A stretch of DNA of 62,896 nt, the filler included, from Nitrospinota bacterium (lineage in GTDB: Bacteria; JADFOP01), in NCBI GenBank assembly GCA_022562795.1. It is 5 parts of 5 records of this genome, joined end to end, with 100 filler letters (N's around TTAATTAATTAA, not from the genome) between each part and the next. Parts side by side here need not be neighbours in the genome. Positions count along the whole stretch, not along the records: positions 1 to 23,912 come from JADFOP010000036.1; 4 more parts are not named here. One strand, written 5' to 3'. Below are positions 8,613-15,821 of the stretch, piece by piece; position 1 is the stretch's first letter, and each line of letters opens with the position of its first letter. A program made the translations under genes and the position numbers. Under the pieces are notes generated by a model that had not been told where the DNA came from, did no database searches, and saw only the letters and a program-made list of their open reading frames with translations.

Positions 8613-9707
8613 CTAGGCCTCCTGGTGGTGGTGCTCGGAGCGGGCTAACTCCTCCAGGCTCACGCCCATCTTTACGAAGTCGGCCCTGTTCTTCTCATAG
8701 AGCCGGACGACGCTCTTTGGAACCCTGATCCGCTCCTCGCCATCCCCGAAGGTCACAACGTCGCTCGAGGCGCCAGCATCGGCGGCGACCTCGCTCAAAG
8801 GGACGGCGGAGCCTGCCTTACGCGCCTCGTAGGTTTTCATGAGCCGGGCTCTGGGAGTCGCCTCTTCGCCTTCGTCGAACGTGACCAGACTGGCCTCGTC
8901 GTCGGGCAGAGCGAGCAGCGTGATTTTTAGATCCTTGGCCTCGGCCGGGGTGGCCTTGCCCTGGGAAACGAGGCCCTCGCAGAAGGCCGCCACCTCGCGC
9001 TCGGCGGCCTCGGCATAAAGCTTCGCGATGCTCTCTTCGAGCTCGGCGGCACTTCGCTCGGCCCTGAAGGCCCGCTCCTTGAAGGTCGCCGCCTCCTGGT
9101 CCTTTTCCTTCAATTGCTCCTCGAAGCGTTTGGTGACCTCGGCGACGGTTTCCTCTACGACCTTCGCGACCTCGGCCTCGCCGAGCTTTTCGAGCCTCTC
9201 GTTGTTAGTTGTGCCCATCCGGTCCTCCTCCTCGGCTTGTGTAAGCTGCTTAAAATCCACCGTCATAGACGGCCCGCCGCAGCCCTGGCCGCCTGCAGCG
9301 GCTGGATGGGGCTCGGCCAACTTAATGGGCTCCAGGCCCTTGACGGCGGGGACCGCCGCTCCGAGCAGCGCGACCCTTTTCAGGTACTTTTTGCCCGTGC
9401 CCTGGAAGTCGAGGTAGACCTCGGCGCTTCGGTGCTTGTAGCGGCCCGAGCTGACGAGCTCCTTTAGTTCGGCGGGGACCTGGGATATGCGCGCAACCAG
9501 CGTGTCGCCGAGCCTTTTAAGCTCTTTCACCCACCCGTAGGCAGGGCCGCGGTGCTCCTCGCCCGGCGGGGCGTGGTCGAGAACGAGCGGGGCCTCATGT
9601 AGCAGTGGGTCGTAGGCCCGAGCAATCTCCTCCAAGTCTTCCATGGTGATCTCCCCCTGCGGGTAGCTGCCCGCCCGGGAGATTTCCAGCTCCACTAAAT
9701 CTCTCAT
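8613..9707 (-). CDS. Prohead protease/scaffold (Mu gpI-like), probable internal scaffold start at 9218
   Basis: APLVLDH, PAYGWVKEL, YKHRSAE, VALLGAAVPAVKGL; coiled-coil C-terminal half; in-frame ATG 9218 with GAGGAGGAGG RBS. Confidence 0.88.
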   Translation of the reverse strand: MRDLVELEISRAGSYPQGEITMEDLEEIARAYDPLLHEAPLVLDHAPPGEEHRGPAYGWVKELKRLGDTLVARISQVPAELKELVSSGRYKHRSAEVYLDFQGTGKKYLKRVALLGAAVPAVKGLEPIKLAEPHPAAAGGQGCGGPSMTVDFKQLTQAEEEDRMGTTNNERLEKLGEAEVAKVVEETVAEVTKRFEEQLKEKDQEAATFKERAFRAERSAAELEESIAKLYAEAAEREVAAFCEGLVSQGKATPAEAKDLKITLLALPDDEASLVTFDEGEEATPRARLMKTYEARKAGSAVPLSEVAADAGASSDVVTFGDGEERIRVPKSVVRLYEKNRADFVKMGVSLEELARSEHHHQEA

Positions 9708-11044
9708 GGCTCGCCCTCCCTGTAATCGTAGATCGCTCTTTGGCGCTTGGGCGGCCTCTCGGCCAGCGAGGCGCCGGTCCCCTCATGCGGGGCGGGCTCC
9801 CGCTCCGAGCCCCCTTGGGGGGATGGGGGCGGCGTCACCAGGGCCTCGCCCTCGGCCGGCGGCGGTATCCTGTAGCGCTCGTAGAAGTAGCGCGAAGAGA
9901 CCGGCAGGCCGATTCTAATAAGGCGCTCGTCGCGCTCGCTCAGGGCCTGGAGGTCCCCGATCTCCTCTGCGTGAATCTTGAGACGGGGGTATTCGGAAAT
10001 TCCCGTAAAATTGAAATCGACGAGCCAGGGGATGAGCTGCTCGTTGACGGTGGCCTCGAGCGAGGCGGCGTCGGCCTCGAGGATGTCCTGGCGCACATGG
10101 GCGTGGACCATCCCCAAGGCCTGGGTGCCGTGGCGCCCCTCGCCGCTGGTGAGCGTCTGGCCCAGAATGGCCTTCGCAACTTGAGAATCGAGGTACTCGC
10201 AAAACTCCTGGTAGGTGTCGACGCTTCCGCTCCGGGTCGCCTCCAGGAGCTCGATGACCATCCCCTGCGGGATGACGACGGCGCTATCGGTCTGGATCGC
10301 CTCGCAGGCGCTCAATAGCTCGTCCTGCTTGTCGCTCTTGGTCCCTTCGGGGTACTTGCCGATGGCTGTCGGCATGCCGAACTTCTCGGCGAAGATGACC
10401 CAGAACTTGATGACGTTCTTCTTAAACCACCAGTGCCAGTAGACGCTTTTTAAAACCGCCTCGCCGTAGGGGTTCTCGTATCGACCCCCGTGGCGGTGGA
10501 CGATGAATTTTCGAGGCGGCAGCGCGATCCCCTCATAGGAGCTCTCGGTGGTCAGAAGCCGAAGCTCGCCTCCCGGGCCGAAGACGAACCGGTCCTGCTT
10601 TCTGCTCCTTATGTCGCTGATGGCTACCCTGCCTCCCTGCGCCTCCCAAAGAATTTCGCTAACCGAAAAGCCCTTGGGGACGGCGTCGAGGAGGCTATTC
10701 AGATCCTCGTCGAATCGGGGCACCTCGGCGAGGGCGAGCCGGACGAAGTCCGCTATCTCAATATCTCTTTGAGACTGCGAGGCGGGGACGATCTCGCGCT
10801 CCTTGCTCATGACCCCGAGCCTGCGGGTCTGCAGCAGCGAGGCGATCTGTGGGTCCTTGTCCTCCATCTCGTCGTAGAGGTCGTAGCCCCTGCCGGCAGC
10901 CTCGCGCGAGAGCACCTCGTCGGGGTTGGAGAGGATTCTGCCTACAAAGCCGCGCGTGATGTCCCGGCCGGCCGTCGCGATCTCTTCGGCCTCGGGCTTC
11001 GCCCCGCCTGAGGCCGATTCCTTGAGCTCAACAACATTCGTCAT
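9704..11044 (-). CDS. Portal protein (Mu gp29, DUF935)
   Basis: LYDEMEDKD, LLDAVPKGFSVSEILW, FAEKFGMP, KAILGQTLT, ALGMVH. Start reassigned to ATG 11044 with AGGAGAG RBS. Confidence 0.95.
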   Translation of the reverse strand: MTNVVELKESASGGAKPEAEEIATAGRDITRGFVGRILSNPDEVLSREAAGRGYDLYDEMEDKDPQIASLLQTRRLGVMSKEREIVPASQSQRDIEIADFVRLALAEVPRFDEDLNSLLDAVPKGFSVSEILWEAQGGRVAISDIRSRKQDRFVFGPGGELRLLTTESSYEGIALPPRKFIVHRHGGRYENPYGEAVLKSVYWHWWFKKNVIKFWVIFAEKFGMPTAIGKYPEGTKSDKQDELLSACEAIQTDSAVVIPQGMVIELLEATRSGSVDTYQEFCEYLDSQVAKAILGQTLTSGEGRHGTQALGMVHAHVRQDILEADAASLEATVNEQLIPWLVDFNFTGISEYPRLKIHAEEIGDLQALSERDERLIRIGLPVSSRYFYERYRIPPPAEGEALVTPPPSPQGGSEREPAPHEGTGASLAERPPKRQRAIYDYREGEP

Positions 11045-11158
11045 GTTGCTCTCCTGTACGGACGAGGTTTGACTCTGTCCGCCACACCCCGGGTAGTCGG
11101 GGTCGCCAGCCAAGCCGCCTGCGGCACCCCGACACCTTTTCCCATTCGCTAAGAGAGG

Positions 11159-11237
11159 ATTATCAAAGAGCAGGGGGGCTTGTCGTCACGTACTTCCCGT
11201 ACTTCCTTTACTTCACGAATGGAGAGCGATTTTTTTG
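11159..11237 (-). promoter_or_regulatory. Putative activator-dependent promoter of the virion operon
   Basis: Minus strand: three GAAGTA repeats at 9-bp period, then ACGACA-N16-GATAAT. 11171-11237 is 62/67 identical to 29937-30003. Confidence 0.55.
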
Positions 11238-11280
11238 TTTTTTATGGTTTTTTGGTGCGGAATCAGCCAAGTAAACGGGT

Positions 11281-11457
11281 AGTAGGGGGGCCGAAAGCGG
11301 CCTTGGCCGCCCGACTACCCGGTATTATGCTGTAGGGACGCCCCTTGTGGGTGTCCGGGCTTTAAGGCGCCGATCCGCCCTTCATACCCTCGGACAGGGT
11401 AAGCCCTGTCCCTACAAAGGCACACGACGGTGTAGGGACAGCCTTTAGGCTGTCCGC
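11281..11457. repeat. REP cluster upstream of RAYT
   Basis: GTAGGGACGCCCCTTGTGGGTGTCC, GGACAGGGTAAGCCCTGTCCCTAC, GTAGGGACAGCCTTTAGGCTGTCC. Confidence 0.9.
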
Positions 11458-11497
11458 ATGTTAGTAATAATTTCCGCCACCCCGACGTCTTGTAGGC

Positions 11498-11980
11498 ATG
11501 GAATCCACTGCTCGGCCCAGAAGAAAATCCCCCCGCCTAGAGGGGTTCGATTATTCCGAATCCCGGTGCTATTTCGTCACCACCTGCACATTTCGGCGGC
11601 GTCGGGCGTTCACCGATGCTCGTTTGAATCAGACACTTCTTGCACATCTCCATGAACAGGCCAAGATTCACGGCGTCGTGCTCCACGCCTGGTGTCTGAT
11701 GACAGATCATCTCCACCTCCTTGTCGAAATGCCGGGTGATGGGCTTTCGCTGTCGGAATGGGTCGGGCGCTTTAAGGGCCACACCAGCCGAAGGGTCCGC
11801 GCGATGGGTTTCCGGGGATGGCTTTGGCAGGGGCGGTTCCACGAGCACATTCTCCGTCGGGAGGAAAGCATCGAGCGGTTGGCGGAGTACATCGTCCACA
11901 ATCCCGTTCGTAAGGGCTTGGTCGAGACGTGGGTTGAATATCCGTGGGCAGGGATGGGCATCGAAGACATCAAAGTGTAG
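11498..11980 (+). CDS. rayT: REP-associated tyrosine transposase (RAYT/TnpA-REP, Y1 HUH)
   Basis: RL.GFDYS, YFVTTCT, LMTDHLHLL (HUH), WQGRFHEHILR, YIVHNPV; flanked by GTAG REPs. Confidence 0.93.
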   Translation: MESTARPRRKSPRLEGFDYSESRCYFVTTCTFRRRRAFTDARLNQTLLAHLHEQAKIHGVVLHAWCLMTDHLHLLVEMPGDGLSLSEWVGRFKGHTSRRVRAMGFRGWLWQGRFHEHILRREESIERLAEYIVHNPVRKGLVETWVEYPWAGMGIEDIKV

Positions 11981-12180
11981 GGACAGCCTTTAGGCTGTCC
12001 GGATTTTATGGCAGCGACCTGCCCGTCTAACCCACGGACAGGGTAAACCCTGTCCCTACACGAGCACAAGACCATGTAAGGACGCTCCTTGTCGGTGTCC
12101 GGCCTTTAGGGCATTAAGGTCTGCTAGGTGGTATCGGGGTCAGGGGGTCGCAAGCGACCTTTGGTCGCCCGACTACCCGG
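11977..12180. repeat. REP cluster downstream of RAYT
   Basis: Family A doublet at 11977-12060 (the first GTAG overlaps the RAYT stop), a degenerate copy and a family B copy. Confidence 0.9.
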
Positions 12181-12216
12181 ATAGCTTAAAAAGGGGTCGG
12201 GGTTTAGGAGCAACCC

Positions 12217-12360
12217 CTATCCAAACAAAAACCCCCAGACGAGAAAGAAGCAGATCGCGAACCTCTGCCACCAACGAAGGAGGACGACGCCTTGACGCCA
12301 CTCATACACCAGCATCGCCGCGAAGAGAGCGAGAAGCAGAGCTCCGACCCAATCGGACAT
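12217..12360 (-). CDS. 47-aa protein with two hydrophobic segments
   Basis: Below the ORF-track cutoff. RBS GGGGAG; MSDWVGALLLALFAAMLVYEWRQGVVLLRWWQRFAICFFLVWGFLFG*. Confidence 0.6.
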   Translation of the reverse strand: MSDWVGALLLALFAAMLVYEWRQGVVLLRWWQRFAICFFLVWGFLFG

Positions 12361-12389
12361 TGATCTCTCCCCGGGCGGCGTCACCCACC

Positions 12390-12591
12390 GACATAGAGGG
12401 CGACCGCTTCTGTGCCCTCAAGTCTAGCGCGAGGGCCGTAAAGAGGCAACCGCCGTCCGATGAGGCCGCCGGTTCGTCTCCATCCGCTACCGTCCCATCG
12501 CTCCCTCAGGCTTTTAGCGATGAGGATATGGACCGTTTTGTCGATATCGCCGCCCCACCACCGGCAGGGGGGGCCGACCTTTCGCTATGTC
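12390..12591 (-). ncRNA. Candidate structured RNA or long leader
   Basis: Closing stem GACATAG/CTATGTC, several internal stems, no credible ORF, upstream TATATT. Confidence 0.3.
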
Positions 12592-12646
12592 CTCTGCAAT
12601 TAGTGAAATATATGGCCTGGTGGGGAGGGGCGTCGCGCGGGCCTGC

Positions 12647-12768
12647 TTTTTCCGCGATTTTCCGCGATTTTCCGCGATTTTCCGAATATTTGAATCTCCG
12701 CTAGTTTTCGCTAATTTCCTCGAATTTCCGAATTTAAAATTTCCGCGAATTTCCGGGATTTTCCGAAT
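12647..12768. repeat. Tandem 10-mer array (CGCGGAAAAT)n, on minus strand
   Basis: TTTTCCGCGA x3 plus degenerate units. Confidence 0.85.
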
Positions 12769-12790
12769 ACCGACATGATTGTCGGAATTT

Positions 12791-12868
12791 TGGCGTCCCC
12801 GGCGGGATTCGAACCCGCGTTGCCGCCGTGAAAGGGCGGAGTCCTGGGCCAGGCTAGACGACGGGGAC
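12791..12868 (-). tRNA. tRNA-Glu(TTC)
   Basis: Cloverleaf, anticodon loop CT-TTC-AC, GGTTCGAATCC, CCA end. Confidence 0.97.
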
Positions 12869-12905
12869 GCCCGACGAAGGCCGATCTACAAGATCAAGGA
12901 GGGGT

Positions 12906-12981
12906 TGGTGAGCCGCGTAGGATTCGAACCTACGACCCACGGGTTAAAAGCCCGTTGCTCTACCACCTGAGCTAGCGGCTC
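12906..12981 (-). tRNA. tRNA-Lys(TTT)
   Basis: Cloverleaf, CT-TTT-AA, CCA end. Confidence 0.97.
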
Positions 12982-13035
12982 ACTCACCTGGTGTCGATAT
13001 ATAATAGTAAAAGCCCAGTAACCTGGCAAGCCGCT

Positions 13036-13326
13036 TCAGGTGAGGCGACTCCTGAGGTCCGGCGGACGGACCCCCAGGTTCCATCGGCGGTTGAGGGCCT
13101 CGTAGCCCTCGAGCTGGGATTCGAGGTTGGCCAGCGCTTCTTCGAGGTGGGTTGTGATCAGCTCTTTCTGGTCGGTCGATTCGATTTTAAGCCGCTTAAG
13201 CTCCTCGACCAATGCCGGGTACTCCGTATCCCGAAGGGACTGACATGTGGGGTAGCTGAGCCTGCCCGTCGTTGTGCGATAAAACTCCTCTACCCGCCGG
13301 CAGAGATCTTTAAGGTCACGAACCAT
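13036..13326 (-). CDS. Hypothetical helical protein (96 aa)
   Basis: RBS AAGGGAG, protein-like composition, divergent from ilvE. Confidence 0.6.
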   Translation of the reverse strand: MVRDLKDLCRRVEEFYRTTTGRLSYPTCQSLRDTEYPALVEELKRLKIESTDQKELITTHLEEALANLESQLEGYEALNRRWNLGVRPPDLRSRLT

Positions 13327-13506
13327 GAGACAATACGCTCCCTTTCCCTATCGAGGCGGTATCATACACTTCGTGGCACAAAAATCAAGCCGCATCGTCC
13401 CCAAAGCATGCCAATAAAAACCTGGATGTAAGAAAAGTTTCCCTTGCATTGGGGTAACCCTATGTGATATTTTTTGAGGTTCCACGCCTATATTGAGGAA
13501 TCCTAA

Positions 13507-14427
13507 ATGAAGCCGGTGCAAAAAATCTGGCTCAACGGCGAGCTCGTTGATTGGGAGAAGGCCACTACACACATCCTCACCCATACCCTCCACTACGGCC
13601 TTGGTATCTTCGAGGGCATCCGCTGTTACAAGACCGACCGGGGCCCCGCCGTCTTCCGCCTCCAGGAGCATATTGACCGGCTCTACGACTCTGCTAAAAT
13701 CACCCGCATCCCGATTCCCTACCGGCCGGAGGAGCTTATTGAGGCCACGTTCGACCTCATTCGGGTCAACGACCTCGAAGAGTGCTACATTCGTCCTCTG
13801 GCCTTCCTGGGCTACGGCCGGATGGGCCTCAATCCCATCGGGCTGCCGGTCAGCGTGGCCGTGGCGGTCTGGCCATGGGGGGCCTATCTAGGCGAGGAAG
13901 GCCTCACCAAGGGCATAAGGGCCAAGATTAGCTCTTTTACCCGCCACCACCCAAACGTCATGATGACCAAAGCCAAGGTCTGCGGCAACTACGCCAACAG
14001 CCAGCTGGCCAAGGCCGAGGCCATCGAGAACGGCTACGACGAGGCCATCATGCTTGACCCGTGGGGGAATGTGGCCGAAGGCACCGGCGAGAACATCTTC
14101 ATCGTGCGTCGCGGCGACCTTAAGACCCCGCCGCTGAGCGCCATCCTCGAGGGGATCACTAGAGACAGCGTCATCGAGCTGGCCCGCACAATGGGGGTCG
14201 GCCTCCGAGAGGAGGCCTTCAGTCGCGACGAGCTCTATACTGCCGATGAGGCCTTCTTCACCGGAACGGCCGCCGAGATTACCCCCATCCGTGAGGTCGA
14301 TGGCCGAACCATCGGCTCTGGAAAGCCCGGCCACGTAACAACCAAGCTTCAGCAGTCCTTCTTCGACATTGTAACAGGTCGTGACCCCGCCCACGAACAC
14401 TGGTTGACCTACGTACCACCAGCCTAA
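13507..14427 (+). CDS. ilvE: Branched-chain amino acid aminotransferase
   Basis: [45 protein letters not shown]. Confidence 0.96.
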   Translation: MKPVQKIWLNGELVDWEKATTHILTHTLHYGLGIFEGIRCYKTDRGPAVFRLQEHIDRLYDSAKITRIPIPYRPEELIEATFDLIRVNDLEECYIRPLAFLGYGRMGLNPIGLPVSVAVAVWPWGAYLGEEGLTKGIRAKISSFTRHHPNVMMTKAKVCGNYANSQLAKAEAIENGYDEAIMLDPWGNVAEGTGENIFIVRRGDLKTPPLSAILEGITRDSVIELARTMGVGLREEAFSRDELYTADEAFFTGTAAEITPIREVDGRTIGSGKPGHVTTKLQQSFFDIVTGRDPAHEHWLTYVPPA

Positions 14428-14563
14428 ATTGGGAACAAGGAAAATACACGGCCCCCTAGGAGGCAAGCAGTACTAATTTCCTTTCCAAAAGGCCCCATTC
14501 CTAGTAAATTACGCTGAGGGCTCTTGTGCCCGCTAGACTGAGATGGTGTGGAGCGGCTAGACG

Positions 14564-15805
14564 ATGTATTGGGCCAACTTCTTACACATCTACCAGCCCC
14601 CGACGCAGACCGACGAGATAGTAAATAAGGTCGCCCGGGAGGCCTACAGGCCCTTGGTGGAAATTCTCAGGGCTCATCCGGAAGGACGAATAACCCTCAA
14701 CATCAACGCCTGCCTCACCGAGCTCCTCGACCGGTGCGGGCACGGAGACATCATCGATGGGCTGAAGGCCCTGGCCGAGCAAGGCCAGATCGAGCTCACC
14801 GGAAGCGTCAAGTATCACCCCATAATGCCGCTCATTCCACCTGGGGAGATGGAGCGCCAGATTAGGCTCAATGAAGAGACCAACCGGGCATACTTCGGCG
14901 AGGCCTATCATCCCGAGGGGTTCTTCCCGCCGGAAATGTGTTACTCGAAAGAAGTGGCCGATGTGGTCCATAGGCTCGGCTACCGATGGATAATAGTGGA
15001 TGAAATCTCGTACAACGGCCGTCTCAGGGCCCCACCTACGGAGCGGTGCTTCACCGTCTCGGGCCTGGGCCAGTTCGGCGTCTTCTTCAAGGAGCGCAGG
15101 GTCAGCGCCGGCATAACCTACGGCTCGTGCCAGGACCTGGACGCCTTCCATCGCTTCCTCGCCGAAGCTCCCGCGGTGGAAGGCTACCTCCTGAGCGGCA
15201 CCGACGGCGAGGTCTACGGCCATCACCGCCCGGGCCAGGAACGGCTCCTCAAGGAGGCCTTCACCGACCCGACGATAAAGACGGTGACAATTTCGGAGCT
15301 TTTGGACCTCTTCCCGGCCCGCGATGTGGTGGATCCCCTGGACGGCTCTTGGTCGACGTGGGAAGATGAAATGGAACAGCGGCTACCTTATCCGCAGTGG
15401 CTCGACCCCTCCAACCCCATCCACGAGCTTCAATGGGAGCTTGCGCGGCTCGCCATAGAGGCTCTGGAGGCCTTCGAGCATGAGTCGCCCGGCGGGCCCG
15501 ACGCCCGACGGCTCCTCGACGAGGGGCTTCATTCCTGTCAGTGGTGGTGGGCGAGCTGCCGGCCTTGGTGGGATACAGGCATGGTAGATAAAGGGGCTGC
15601 CGTTCTGGTGGAGGCCGTCCAGGCTCTTGAGAGAGCTGTGGCCCAACCGGTCCTGGAGAAAGCCGAGTATTTGAGAGATCGGATTCACACCACCGCCAAG
15701 GCCTGGCACGAGAGCGGAGAGGCAGCGAGCCGAAAGAAGGCCTACCAGGAGGCTCACCGAGAGGTCTCCAGCCTTCTTACCTTCGGCGAAGAAGAAATAC
15801 CTTAG
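14564..15805 (+). CDS. Glycoside hydrolase family 57 protein
   Basis: HIYQP, GFFPPEMCY (nucleophile region), DGEVYGHH, SCQWWW. Confidence 0.88.
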   Translation: MYWANFLHIYQPPTQTDEIVNKVAREAYRPLVEILRAHPEGRITLNINACLTELLDRCGHGDIIDGLKALAEQGQIELTGSVKYHPIMPLIPPGEMERQIRLNEETNRAYFGEAYHPEGFFPPEMCYSKEVADVVHRLGYRWIIVDEISYNGRLRAPPTERCFTVSGLGQFGVFFKERRVSAGITYGSCQDLDAFHRFLAEAPAVEGYLLSGTDGEVYGHHRPGQERLLKEAFTDPTIKTVTISELLDLFPARDVVDPLDGSWSTWEDEMEQRLPYPQWLDPSNPIHELQWELARLAIEALEAFEHESPGGPDARRLLDEGLHSCQWWWASCRPWWDTGMVDKGAAVLVEAVQALERAVAQPVLEKAEYLRDRIHTTAKAWHESGEAASRKKAYQEAHREVSSLLTFGEEEIP

Positions 15806-15821
15806 CTCGTGGAGGAGGCCC

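Larger units (their letters stand above)
1..11044 (-). mobile_element. Mu-like head plus non-contractile tail structural operon (defective prophage or GTA-like element), running off the left edge
   Basis: Co-oriented, closely spaced ORFs in virion order: portal, protease, decoration, capsid, gp36, gpG, gp37, tube, chaperones, tape measure, tail tip. No sheath gene. Confidence 0.9.

Noticed and set aside
11181-11214. TGT-starting repeat block as a Mu or transposon end
   Set aside because: Similarity between the two copies continues outside the TGT and includes a positioned -10, which fits a promoter better; not fully excluded.
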